Positions 28,247 through 39,151 of a stretch of 64,000 nucleotides of DNA are shown here, piece by piece. The notes under the pieces were generated by a model. The model had not been told where the DNA came from and did not search any database. It was given only the letters and a program-made list of their open reading frames with translations. The stretch spans positions 736,001 through 800,000 of the forward strand of contig OZ245046.1 in assembly GCA_965224245.1 (NCBI GenBank). Reading direction: 5' to 3'. Positions within the stretch are counted from its first letter, which is position 1. Every line of letters starts with the position of its first letter. This DNA comes from Candidatus Eiseniibacteriota bacterium. Its GTDB lineage: Bacteria > Eisenbacteria > RBG-16-71-46 > CAZAMP01. A program made the position numbers and the translations under genes.

Positions 28247-30036
28247 CGGGCGCGCGCACGGCGCTCCTCGTGGCGCTCGTGTTCGGGCTCCCGGCGGCCG
28301 CGGCGGCCGCGGCGGCCGGCTCGGGTCCGGAGGCGGTCTGGCCGCCCCCGCAGTGGATGGACCTCGATGTCGACCCCACGCCCGTGGCCGTCGGATCCCG
28401 CGCGATGGTGACCACCGCGAACGCGTGGGCCACTCAGGCCGGGCTCGATGCGCTGGAGCGCGGCGGCTCGGCGATCGACGCGGCGGTCGCGATCCAGTTC
28501 GTCCTGAACGTCGTCGAGCCGCAGTCCTCGGGCATCGGCGGCGGCTGCTTCATCGTGTATCTGCCCCCCGGCGCCGACGCTCCGATCACGATCGACGGGC
28601 GGGAGACCGCCCCCGCGGCGGCCACGCCCGAGCTGTTCCTGGAGCCGTCGGGCGAGCCCATCCGCTATCTCCCGGACCGCGTGACCGGGGGGCTCGCGGT
28701 GGGGGTCCCGGGGACGCTCGCGGCGCTCGCGGAGGCACACGCACGGCACGGACGGCTCGACTGGGCCGAGCTGATCGAGCCGGCGATCGAGCTGGCCGAG
28801 AGGGGATTTCCGGTCAGTCGCCGCCTCCACGAGACCATCCGCTTCGAGCGGGCGCGTCTGTCACGATTTCCCGCCACCCGGGACGCGCTGTTCGAGCCCG
28901 ACGGATCGGCGCTTCGCGTCGGACGTCGCTGGCGGCAGCCCGAGCTCGCCGCGACGTTCCGTCGCATCGCGCGCGACGGGGTGGATGCGTTCTACCGAGG
29001 TGAGATCGCCGAGGACGTGGCCGGGTGCGTGGCCGGCGCGCCGGTGCGACCGGGGTTGATGACGGTGGCGGACCTCGCCGCGTACCGCGCGATCCGGCGC
29101 GAGCCCGTGCGCGGGCGCTACCGCGGTGTCGACGTGTTCGGCATCGGGCCGCCGTCGTCCGGCGGAACGACTCTGATCGAGATCCTCCAGATCCTCGACG
29201 GCTTCGATCTCGGCTCCGCGCCGCTATCGGTCGAGGCGATGCATCGGATGCTCGAGGCATCCCGGCTCGCGTTCGCCGACCGCAACCGCTACGTCGGTGA
29301 CCCCGACTTCGTCGACGTGCCCACCTCGATGCTGACCGACGCCGGCTTCGCCGCCACGCGACGTGCGGAGATCGATCCCGCGCGTGCCGCCGAGGGCGTG
29401 GTCGGAGCCGCCGATGTCGGGGCGCGCGAGAGCCAGGAGACCTCGCACTACTCGGTGTACGCGCCCGACGGGGGCATTCTGGCCGTCACGACCACGCTCG
29501 AGCAGAACTTCGGGTCCGGCATGATCGTGCCGGGTCGCGGGTTCTTCCTGAACAACGAGCTCTCGGACTTCGACGCCGTGCCGGTGGACGCCGAGGGGCG
29601 CGCTCTTCCCAACCGCGTGCAGGCGGGAAAGCGGCCGCGCTCGAGCATGGCGCCGACGCTCCTCGTGAAGGACGGCCGGCCGTTCATGGCCGTGGGATCG
29701 CCGGGCGGGTCGCGGATCATCGGCATCACGCTGATGGTGATTCTCGGCGTCGTCGACTGGCAGCTCGACGTGCAGCAGGCGATCGATCTGCCGCGTGCGT
29801 TCAACAGGGGTCGCGACGTCTCCGAGGCGGAGATCCTGTACTTCGATGCGCCGTCGCTGGAGGCGCTCTACGGACGATCGGGTCTCGTGGACTCGCTCGA
29901 GGCCATGGGTCATCGATTGCTCCGGCCGAAGCAGGGCTACCGGGGCGTCGGCGGGGTCCACGCGATCGTGGTCGAGAGCGGCCGGGTCACCGGCGGAGCC
30001 GATCCGCGCCGCGAAGGAGTGGCGCTTGGGTACTGA
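28243..30036 (+). CDS. ggt: Gamma-glutamyltransferase
   Basis: GGSAIDAAVA..LNVVEPQSSGIGGG, GVPGT, PPSSGG, ETSHYSV catalytic Thr, LNNELSDF, KRPRSSMAP, GSPGGSRI, ADPRREG. Confidence 0.95.
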   Translation: MTGARTALLVALVFGLPAAAAAAAAGSGPEAVWPPPQWMDLDVDPTPVAVGSRAMVTTANAWATQAGLDALERGGSAIDAAVAIQFVLNVVEPQSSGIGGGCFIVYLPPGADAPITIDGRETAPAAATPELFLEPSGEPIRYLPDRVTGGLAVGVPGTLAALAEAHARHGRLDWAELIEPAIELAERGFPVSRRLHETIRFERARLSRFPATRDALFEPDGSALRVGRRWRQPELAATFRRIARDGVDAFYRGEIAEDVAGCVAGAPVRPGLMTVADLAAYRAIRREPVRGRYRGVDVFGIGPPSSGGTTLIEILQILDGFDLGSAPLSVEAMHRMLEASRLAFADRNRYVGDPDFVDVPTSMLTDAGFAATRRAEIDPARAAEGVVGAADVGARESQETSHYSVYAPDGGILAVTTTLEQNFGSGMIVPGRGFFLNNELSDFDAVPVDAEGRALPNRVQAGKRPRSSMAPTLLVKDGRPFMAVGSPGGSRIIGITLMVILGVVDWQLDVQQAIDLPRAFNRGRDVSEAEILYFDAPSLEALYGRSGLVDSLEAMGHRLLRPKQGYRGVGGVHAIVVESGRVTGGADPRREGVALGY

Positions 30037-30072
30037 CCGGCCCGACGGCGCGCCGCACGCGAGGCACACCGC

Positions 30073-32634
30073 GTGAGCGAGTGGGTGCATCCCCTCGACG
30101 TCGCCCGGGTCGGCCTGGCGGCCGCGTGGCTCCTCGTGCCGGGCGTCGCGCTGGCGGTACGGCTCCGCTCCGGCATCTGGCAGACCCTGGTCGCCGGCGT
30201 CGCGCTGGGGCTGGTGTTCGGCGTTCTGGTGGCCTGGGGGCTCGCGCGCCTGGGGGCCTCACTGCCGGTGCTCCTCGCCGTCCTCGGGGTGTCGTCGACG
30301 GTGGCGCTCGTCGACCTCGCGCGCCATGCTCGATCGCGTGTCGCGAGCGCGCGAGCACGAGGATCCGAGCCGGTGCCGTCCGACCACGCCGCGGCGACGT
30401 CGGCCGGTGCCGCGGCGTGGGTGCTCGGGCGAGGCGATGCGATCACCGCGTGGGGGCTCGCGATCGGACTCGTCGTGTTCGGGATGGCGTCCACGCGTCC
30501 GATCGCCTCGTACAGCGATGTGCCGGACCATCTGGGCACGATCCGGACCACGATCGAGACCGGCGCGCTGGAGCCCAACGACGTCTTCTACGCCGGCGGC
30601 GACGGCATGCGCCCCGATGCCCGGAAGGGGTTCTTCCACGCGTGGCTGGCCGCGGTCGCCCGCGTGTCGGGACTGGATGCGGTGGCGTTCTGGTACGCGG
30701 TCCGTCCGTGGCTCGTCGGGCTGGTCGCGATGGCGGGCGCGTTCCTGGCCTGGGCCGCCGGCCTTCGCGGGGTCGGCTTTCGCGTCGCGCTGGTCGCGGT
30801 TCCGCTCGTGACGCACGGAAACGCGGCCTGGTTTCTCGACACCGCGGCCTATCCGCGAAACGCGAGCTGGATCCCGATCTGGGTGCTCTGGGGCGTCGTC
30901 CTGCGATCGATCGGGGAGGGGAGCGACCGCGCGCCGGCGCGGTCGCCGCGCATCCTCCAGGTGGCGGTGGTCCTGCTGTCGCTGTCGCTGGCGCCGTTTC
31001 ACGTCTTCGCGCCCGTGCTCGCGCTGTGTGGCCTGGCCAGCGTCGTGGCCGCGCTGATCGTCGGGCGTGAGGTCGCCGTCGTCAGGCGGCTGGGGCCGAT
31101 GCTGGCAATCGCGGGCGTCTGCGCGGTCGGTCCGCTCCTGGTGCGCCTCGTCCGGACCTACGCCCCGATCAATCCGCTTCACACGAACGTCAGCGAGGTC
31201 TTCTACCTGACCGACCGGCTGTCGCTGCACGCGCTGGGCCCGATGTTCACGAAGTTCTCCGCGACCGCGATCGGTCTGGCCGCGCTCTCGGTCTTCTGGC
31301 TCGTCCGTCGTCCGGTGCGGTCGCCGCAGCGGCTGGCCCTGGCGGGACTGGCCTGGGCGCCGCTCCTGGTGAGCCTGAACCCGATCGCGGGGGGGCTCCT
31401 CCAGCCCAAGATCGGGTACCTGTTCGTGCGCTTTCTCGGCATCGTGCCGTATCCGGTGATCGCGGGGGCGCTGGTCGCCGACGCGTGGCGCGCCCGATGG
31501 CGCGGATGGGAGCGCGCGCTGGTGCTGGTCGCGGTCCTCGTCGTGCTCGGCGGGCGGGTCATGCCGCTCGCCAACCGCTGTCGGCCCTCCGCCGCGATGG
31601 CCGACCTGGCCGTCAGTCCCGAGCGATGGAAGGGCGGGTTGACGGCGGCTCGCGCGGCGATCGACGAGCCGCGCGCCACCGTCCTCACCGATCCCTTCAC
31701 GTCGTACGGGCTCCCGGCCTACGCCGGGCTGCGCGTCGTGGCCACGCTGGACCAGCATTCGTCTCCGTCGGACAGCACGCTGGGGCCTCGTCTCGAGGAT
31801 GTGGCGCGGGCGCTGAGTCCGCATCGGCCGCTGGCCGAGGCGATCGACGTGCTCGAGCGGCGCGGCGTCCGGTACGTGCTCGTGAACACGGCCATGTCAC
31901 ACGTTCAGGAGACTCACTTCGACGTGCGGCATCCGGCGGACGCGCCCGCCGCGCGGGAGCGCTTCGCCTCGTCGGGCGCGTTTCGCACGATCTCGTCCGA
32001 GGCGGGATGCACGCTCTACGAGCTCGTCGACCCCGGCGCCCGGCCGGACGATGTGCCCCTCGGCGACCCGACCGAGGCCACGTTCCGGGACACGACGGTG
32101 GCCGGTCCATTCACGACGCTGACCCCCGAACTGTCGATGGGACCGGTGACGTGGTCGCCGCACGTGCTCCGGCCGGGAGACACGCTCTCGGTGCGTGTCT
32201 TCCTGCACAAGGACACCGAGGTCGCGCCGGCCACGCCCTACCGGTGGGTCGCCCGCGCTCGGCGTGAGGGGGACGGGCCGGCGCCCTGGGTCTCCCGGCT
32301 CCGGCGGGCGGCCGCCCTCCTGCTCCACCGGCCACCGCCGCCGGCGCGCGAGCTCGTCGTCACCAAGCGCCCGCTGGACGGCCGGTATCCGGTTGCGCTG
32401 TGGGACGTCGGGTCGTGCCACGAGGACGAGCTTCGTCTGGTCGTGCCCGCCGACGCGGTCCCGGGAACGTACGCGCTCGGCGTCACCGCGCACGAGCAGT
32501 CGTTCGTGCGCAACGTCGCGCTCTCGGACTGGCTCCGCGCCTCCGGGGGGATCGGGGTGCCGGTGGGTCAGCTGGAGATCCGGCCCCGGCCGGACCGCAC
32601 ACCCGACGCCGCGCCTCCCGACGGCATGGACTGA
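30073..32634 (+). CDS. Large polytopic membrane protein, possibly a GT-C-fold glycosyltransferase
   Basis: More than 10 TM segments, loop with SDVPDH after early helices, soluble C-terminal region (VLTDP...GVRYVLVN...YPVALW). Confidence 0.5.
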   Translation: MSEWVHPLDVARVGLAAAWLLVPGVALAVRLRSGIWQTLVAGVALGLVFGVLVAWGLARLGASLPVLLAVLGVSSTVALVDLARHARSRVASARARGSEPVPSDHAAATSAGAAAWVLGRGDAITAWGLAIGLVVFGMASTRPIASYSDVPDHLGTIRTTIETGALEPNDVFYAGGDGMRPDARKGFFHAWLAAVARVSGLDAVAFWYAVRPWLVGLVAMAGAFLAWAAGLRGVGFRVALVAVPLVTHGNAAWFLDTAAYPRNASWIPIWVLWGVVLRSIGEGSDRAPARSPRILQVAVVLLSLSLAPFHVFAPVLALCGLASVVAALIVGREVAVVRRLGPMLAIAGVCAVGPLLVRLVRTYAPINPLHTNVSEVFYLTDRLSLHALGPMFTKFSATAIGLAALSVFWLVRRPVRSPQRLALAGLAWAPLLVSLNPIAGGLLQPKIGYLFVRFLGIVPYPVIAGALVADAWRARWRGWERALVLVAVLVVLGGRVMPLANRCRPSAAMADLAVSPERWKGGLTAARAAIDEPRATVLTDPFTSYGLPAYAGLRVVATLDQHSSPSDSTLGPRLEDVARALSPHRPLAEAIDVLERRGVRYVLVNTAMSHVQETHFDVRHPADAPAARERFASSGAFRTISSEAGCTLYELVDPGARPDDVPLGDPTEATFRDTTVAGPFTTLTPELSMGPVTWSPHVLRPGDTLSVRVFLHKDTEVAPATPYRWVARARREGDGPAPWVSRLRRAAALLLHRPPPPARELVVTKRPLDGRYPVALWDVGSCHEDELRLVVPADAVPGTYALGVTAHEQSFVRNVALSDWLRASGGIGVPVGQLEIRPRPDRTPDAAPPDGMD

Positions 32635-32657
32635 CGCGCTCGCCGAGCCGGCGCCGG

Positions 32658-33887
<1,230 letters not shown>

Positions 33888-33987
33888 GTCGACTCCTCGC
33901 GATCCGCGTGCGCGGGGGTTGAAGGTGACGTTGCCGGTGTTCAAAACGCGGGAGAGTATAGCAGCCCCGCGCGGCGAGGGCGATGCG

Positions 33988-34728
33988 TCAGTCGGGGTCG
34001 ACGAAGACGACGGCCACGCTGATGTTGTCGGGACCGCCCGCGTTGCAGGCCCGCCGCACGAGCTCCGCGCAGGCATCTTCGGGGGGCATGCTCGAGAGGA
34101 CGTCGCGGATCTCCGAATCGGAGACCTGGCCGGTCAGGCCGTCGGAGCAGATCAGGTAGCGGTCGCCGGCCAGGACCTCCTCGGGCGGAGACAGGATGTC
34201 GATCCGGAGCGGCTCCTCCATGCCGAGCGCGCGCGTGAGCACGTGCGCCGCGGGATGCATGTCGGCCTCGGCGGGATGGATGATCTTCTCGTCCACGAGC
34301 TCCTGGGCGACGGTGTGGTCGCGAGTGAGCTGCTCGAGGCGCTCGCGCAGCCGGTACGCGCGGGAGTCACCCACGTGCGCGATGTACATCTTGCCGGCGT
34401 CGACGGCCAGCGCGGTGCACGTGGTGCCCATGCCCTGGAGCTGCGCGTTCTCTCTCGCTTGCGCGAGAATGCGCTCGTGCGCCGCGCGGATTCCGTCGCC
34501 GAGGAGCCCGTCGATGTCCGGGCGGCCGTTTCGGCGATACGCGTCCATGACCTCGCTGACCGCGATCTCACTGGCCACCTCGCCGGCGGCGTGGCCGCCG
34601 AGACCGTCGGCGACCACCGAGAGCGTGCTGCATCCGTCGCCGCCCTGGACGACCGAGACGTGATCCTCGTTGTGGGTGCGTACCAGTCCGATGTCGGTGC
34701 GGTGTGCGGTGCGGCAATTGATGCCCAC
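33988..34728 (-). CDS. PP2C-family Ser/Thr protein phosphatase (Stp1/PrpC-like)
   Basis: [56 protein letters not shown]. Confidence 0.92.
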   Translation of the reverse strand: MGINCRTAHRTDIGLVRTHNEDHVSVVQGGDGCSTLSVVADGLGGHAAGEVASEIAVSEVMDAYRRNGRPDIDGLLGDGIRAAHERILAQARENAQLQGMGTTCTALAVDAGKMYIAHVGDSRAYRLRERLEQLTRDHTVAQELVDEKIIHPAEADMHPAAHVLTRALGMEEPLRIDILSPPEEVLAGDRYLICSDGLTGQVSDSEIRDVLSSMPPEDACAELVRRACNAGGPDNISVAVVFVDPD

Positions 34729-34943
34729 GGTCGTAACCCCCGATCGCTCCACGCGCCGTCGCGTGACGGGTTGCTCGTGCCGGGCGAGGGGCGCGAGAGT
34801 GACGTCACAGTCGGGTGTTCCCGAGGCGCCCGGGGAGTTTAGCCGAGTCGCCGCGACGGCCACAACGCCTGTCGCGCGGGGTCGGAGATCGGGGATTGGG
34901 GGTCGATACCGTGTGCGGGCGGGGCCCTCCCGCGTTCGAAAGG

Positions 34944-34974
34944 GGCGGGGAGCTCCACGAGGGAGCTCCCCGCC
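34944..34974 (-). terminator. Stem-loop (13-bp perfect stem) downstream of the small membrane protein gene
   Basis: GGCGGGGAGCTCC-ACGAG-GGAGCTCCCCGCC, followed by CCTTT on the minus strand. Confidence 0.6.
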
Positions 34975-35002
34975 AGGGGGGATGGAGGGGTCAATCGTAT
35001 GA

Positions 35003-35245
35003 TCAAACGGCCGAGAGCAGGGCGCCGACGACGAGCGCGAACGGCGCGAGCACCGCGAGCGCGAGCACGGCTCCCACGATCGAGAGCGGGAGCAGCACGA
35101 CGATCGCGACGGCCGTGAGCACCGTGCCGATCACCATCAAGACGAGCTTGATCGGAAACAACACGAGGCGCACGATCAGCGACAGCAGCATCGCCAGCCC
35201 GACGAGTACGGTGCCTACGATCACGAGGAAACCAAGTTCGATCAT
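35003..35245 (-). CDS. Small hydrophobic membrane protein (80 aa)
   Basis: GGAGGT RBS before ATG 35245; almost entirely hydrophobic; own downstream hairpin. Confidence 0.65.
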   Translation of the reverse strand: MIELGFLVIVGTVLVGLAMLLSLIVRLVLFPIKLVLMVIGTVLTAVAIVVLLPLSIVGAVLALAVLAPFALVVGALLSAV

Positions 35246-35347
35246 CCCGGTCACCTCCAATGCATGTACAGTGCTACGTGAGGGGCGGCGGACGGGTTTC
35301 AATTCCGGGCCGCCTGGACGCGGGGGTCGTCACGGTGCGAGGTCGAC

Positions 35348-36157
35348 ATGGGGAACAAGGGCCACGAGAGCATCGAGTCGGTGTGGCGGGAAGTCTGGGA
35401 AGCGCTCGATGACGATCGGGTCGACGCGGCCGCCGATCGGATCCGCCGCGCGCGAGCCTCCGGCCTGGCCGGGCCGGATCTCGACTATCTGGACGGCATG
35501 ACGTCGCTGGAGGCCGACGACGTCGAGGGCGCGCTGGCGCTGATGCGACGCGCCTCCCAGGCGGCACCGGACTGGATCGACGCCACCGTCGGACTGGCCT
35601 GGGCGGCATTCCGGGCGTGCCAGTTCGAGGAGGCCGCGAAGGCGGCCGACACGGTTCTGGCCGAGGACCCGGGCGTCGCGGACATGCACGAGCTCCGGGC
35701 GCTCCTCTCCGAGCGAGCGGGCCGAGTCGACGACGCAGAGGCCGCGTTCGCCGAGGCGCGCCGGCTCGAGCCCAACCTCCCCGATCCCGTGCGACTCGAC
35801 GAGGCGGCGTTCCGGCGCGTGACCGAACAGGCGCTCGAGCGGCTCCCCGAGGCGTTCCGGAACGCGATGACCAACGTCGCGATCATGGTGGAGCCCGTTC
35901 CGCCCACCGCGTTCCTGACCGAGTCGCGCCCGCCGCTGGATCCCCAGTCGCTCGGCATGTTCTCGGGCGCCTCGCGCATCGACACGCCGGACGGCGGCGA
36001 GCTACCCGACGTCATTCACCTGTTCCAGCGGAACCTCGAGCGGATGGCCGAGACGCCGGACGAGCTGGAGGAAGAGATCGCGATCACGTTGTATCACGAG
36101 ATCGCGCACTACCTGGGCTTCGACGAGGACGACATGCCGGGGCTGGGGCTCGAGTAG
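35348..36157 (+). CDS. TPR-repeat protein with C-terminal zincin-like metallopeptidase domain
   Basis: Ala-rich TPR-like helices, then ALERLP..F, LGMFSG, IHLFQRNLE, TLYHEIAHYLGFDEDDM. Confidence 0.85.
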   Translation: MGNKGHESIESVWREVWEALDDDRVDAAADRIRRARASGLAGPDLDYLDGMTSLEADDVEGALALMRRASQAAPDWIDATVGLAWAAFRACQFEEAAKAADTVLAEDPGVADMHELRALLSERAGRVDDAEAAFAEARRLEPNLPDPVRLDEAAFRRVTEQALERLPEAFRNAMTNVAIMVEPVPPTAFLTESRPPLDPQSLGMFSGASRIDTPDGGELPDVIHLFQRNLERMAETPDELEEEIAITLYHEIAHYLGFDEDDMPGLGLE

Positions 36158-36196
36158 CCTCGGCCGCGGGCGACCCGGACTCGGGCTCGACCCGGC

Positions 36197-36841
36197 TCAG
36201 CCGGCCGCGATCGCGCGGACCCGCGTTCCGAGCTCGGCGAGGCGCTCGATGCGACCGCCGCCGGCGGCCCGCCGGAACCCGATCACGGGTATCCCGGCCC
36301 GGCGACCGGCCTCGACGTCGGTGGACGAGTCACCCACGAACACGACCTCGGTCCTGGCCACGCCGAGGCGCGCGCAGACCTCGAGCAGCATGTCGGGCTC
36401 GGGCTTCGGACGTGGGACGTCGTCGGCGGTCACGACGAGATCGAAGAACGGGGTCAGCCCGGTGACCCCCAGCATCACCCGGGCGGTCTCGCCCGGAGCG
36501 TTCGTGGCCACCGCCAGCTTGGCGCCGCCGGCCCTGAGCGCGGTGAGCGCGCGGTCGGCGTCGGGGTCCACGCGCCCGACACGATCGACGTGTCGCGGGA
36601 ACTCCTCGTCGTAGGCGGCGTCCAGCTCGGCGCGCGTCATCGTCCCGTCGAAGAACCGCTCGGCGTCGGCCTCGCTGGACTGTCCGAACGTCTCGGCGAA
36701 CTCGGCCGGGTCGACCGCGTCGCGGCCCGTGCGGGCGCGAATCGCGTCCAGGGCCGCCTGCCAGGCCAGCCGACTGTCGACGAGCACGCCGTCGAGATCG
36801 AAGACGATGGCGCGCGCGCGGTGACGCGACGCGCCGGTCAA
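36197..36841 (-). CDS. HAD-family hydrolase (phosphoglycolate phosphatase-like)
   Basis: FDLDGVLVDS, VATN, KPEPDML, FVGDSSTDVEAGRRAG; TTGA overlap with glyQS stop. Confidence 0.88.
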   Translation of the reverse strand: MTGASRHRARAIVFDLDGVLVDSRLAWQAALDAIRARTGRDAVDPAEFAETFGQSSEADAERFFDGTMTRAELDAAYDEEFPRHVDRVGRVDPDADRALTALRAGGAKLAVATNAPGETARVMLGVTGLTPFFDLVVTADDVPRPKPEPDMLLEVCARLGVARTEVVFVGDSSTDVEAGRRAGIPVIGFRRAAGGGRIERLAELGTRVRAIAAG

Positions 36842-38163
36842 AACGCGGTCTTCTCCCGAATGATGCCCTTCACGGCGTCGAGCCCCACGCGCACCTGGGT
36901 CATGTCGTCGCGATCGCGCAGCGTGACGCTCTGGTCCTCGAGCGTCTGGGAGTCGACCGTGATGCAGTACGGGGTGCCCGCCTCGTCCTGGCGTCGATAG
37001 CGCCGCCCGACCGCGCCGCTCTCGTCGTACACGACCGGAAACGCCAGACGGAGGTCGTCGCAGAGCTTGCGGGCCACGTCGGGCATGCCGTCCCGCTTGA
37101 CCAGCGGGAACACGGCGGCCTTGATCGGTGCGATCCTGGGCGCGATCCGGAGCACCACGCGAGTCTCGCCCTCGACCTCTTCCTCGGCGTATCCGTCGAG
37201 GAGCACGACCAGGAGCGCGCGGTCGCAGCCGCACGCGGCCTCCACGACGTACGGCACGAACCGCTCGCGCGTCTGGTCGTCGAAGTACTCGAGCTTCTTG
37301 CCGCTGTGCTCCTGGTGCCGTCCGAGGTCGAAGTCGGTGCGATTGTGGATGCCCTCGAGCTCCTTCCACCCGAACGGGTACAGGTACTCGATGTCCACGG
37401 CGGCCTTCGCGTAGTGGGCGAGGTCGTTGGGGCCGTGCACGGCGAAGCGCAGGTGATCAGGACGGATGCCGAGCTCGTGGTGCCAGCGCATTCGCTCGTC
37501 CTTCCAGCGTTCGAACCACTCCTCGTCCTGGCCCGGAGCGACGAAGAACTGCATCTCCATCTGCTCGAACTCGCGGGTCCGGAAGATGAAGTTCTTGGTG
37601 GTGATCTCGTTGCGGAAGGCCTTGCCGATCTGGGCGATGCCGAAGGGGAGCTTGTGTCGCGCGGTCTGCTGCACGTTGAGGAAGTTCACGTACGAACCCT
37701 GGGCCGTCTCCGGACGGAGATACACGATCGACGAGTCGTCCGACACCGGGCCCATGTGGGTACGGAACATGAGGTTGAAGTCGCGCGGCTCGGTCAGCTC
37801 ACCGCCGCAGGCTCCGGGGTGCTTGGAGGGGCGCTGCGGGCACTGCTGCTCCTCGAGCGTGTCGGCGCGGAACCGGCCCTTGCACGTCTTGCAGTCGACC
37901 ATCGGGTCGGAGAATCCGTCGACATGGCCGGACGCGACCCATACGTTGGGGTGCATCAGGATCGACGCGTCGACCGGCTCGATGTTGTCGTGCCGCTGCG
38001 TCATCGCGTGCATCCAGAACGCCTTGATGTTGTTCTTCAGGCGCGCGCCGAGGGGGCCGTAGTCCCAGCAGCTGCCGAGGCCGCCGTAGACCTCGCTGGA
38101 GGGGAAGATGTAGCCGCGTCGCTTGGTGAGCGAGACGACTTTCTCCATCGTCTTGGGATCCAT
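36838..38163 (-). CDS. glyQS: Glycine--tRNA ligase (alpha2 type)
   Basis: KRRGYIFPSSEVYGG, WDYGPLG, YLRPETAQG, FRNEIT, FRTREFEQME, ELEGIHNRTDFDL, GRRYRRQDEAGTP. Confidence 0.96.
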   Translation of the reverse strand: MDPKTMEKVVSLTKRRGYIFPSSEVYGGLGSCWDYGPLGARLKNNIKAFWMHAMTQRHDNIEPVDASILMHPNVWVASGHVDGFSDPMVDCKTCKGRFRADTLEEQQCPQRPSKHPGACGGELTEPRDFNLMFRTHMGPVSDDSSIVYLRPETAQGSYVNFLNVQQTARHKLPFGIAQIGKAFRNEITTKNFIFRTREFEQMEMQFFVAPGQDEEWFERWKDERMRWHHELGIRPDHLRFAVHGPNDLAHYAKAAVDIEYLYPFGWKELEGIHNRTDFDLGRHQEHSGKKLEYFDDQTRERFVPYVVEAACGCDRALLVVLLDGYAEEEVEGETRVVLRIAPRIAPIKAAVFPLVKRDGMPDVARKLCDDLRLAFPVVYDESGAVGRRYRRQDEAGTPYCITVDSQTLEDQSVTLRDRDDMTQVRVGLDAVKGIIREKTAF

Positions 38164-38325
38164 CTCGAGGCCTCCGAATAGCGTCCGGGACGATCCGCCC
38201 CGTGATCCCGAGAGGTGGACCCCGATGGCGCGGTGACTCGGGCGTGGCGTGGCACGACACGTCCGCCAAACAGACCGACGAGTATAGGGATCGCCGCGAA
38301 GGGCGGTCAAGAAAGGCACTCCACG

Positions 38326-39126
38326 ATGCTCACGTTCGCCCTGGAGCTGGCCGAGGAGGCGGGTCGTCTGCTGATGGCGCGCCTGGGCACCCTCGACACG
38401 TCCGAGATCGACTTCAAGGGACGGGTCGACCTGGTGACCCGCGTGGACCGCGAGGCCGAGGCGCTGATCGTCGGCGCGATCCGGAGCCGCTTCCCCGATC
38501 ACGTCGTGGTCGCCGAGGAGGGCGCCGGCGAGACCACCCCGGCGCCCTCGGGCCCGAGCACGCGCTGGATCGTCGACCCGATCGACGGAACGACGAACTT
38601 CGTCCATCGCTTCCCCTTCTTCGCGGTGTCCATCGGTGTCGAGGTCGACGGCGAGCCGGCGCTGGGCGTGATCCACGCCCCGGCGCTCGGGGAGACCTAC
38701 TCCGCCACGCGCGGCGGAGGGGCGTCGCTGAACGGCGCTCCGATCCGGGTCTCGACCACGGAGACGCTGATCGGGAGCCTCCTGGCCACCGGATTCGCCT
38801 ACGATCGCTGGGAGCGCCCGCGCAACAACCTGGCCGAGTTCGCCGCGCTGACCATGCGCACGAGGGGCGTGCGGCGCGCCGGGGCCGCGTCGCTGGACCT
38901 GGCCTACGTCGCGGCCGGCCGTCTGGACGGGTACTGGGAGTTCGGACTGGCGCCCTGGGACGTTGCGGCCGGTTCGCTGATCGTGGCCGAGGCCGGCGGT
39001 CGGGTCACGGACATCGACGGCGGACACACCCACCGGAGCGGGGACAGCATTCTCGCCACCAACGGTCCGCTCCACGAGCCTCTCGGAGCCGTGCTCGCCG
39101 AGGTGGCGGCGGCGGAGTCAGACTGA
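38326..39126 (+). CDS. suhB: Inositol monophosphatase family protein
   Basis: DLVTRVDREAE, WIVDPIDGTTNFVH, RRAGAASLDLAYVAAGRLDGYWE, WDVAAG. Confidence 0.92.
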   Translation: MLTFALELAEEAGRLLMARLGTLDTSEIDFKGRVDLVTRVDREAEALIVGAIRSRFPDHVVVAEEGAGETTPAPSGPSTRWIVDPIDGTTNFVHRFPFFAVSIGVEVDGEPALGVIHAPALGETYSATRGGGASLNGAPIRVSTTETLIGSLLATGFAYDRWERPRNNLAEFAALTMRTRGVRRAGAASLDLAYVAAGRLDGYWEFGLAPWDVAAGSLIVAEAGGRVTDIDGGHTHRSGDSILATNGPLHEPLGAVLAEVAAAESD

Positions 39127-39151
39127 TCCCGGACTGGGGAACGCGACCCGA

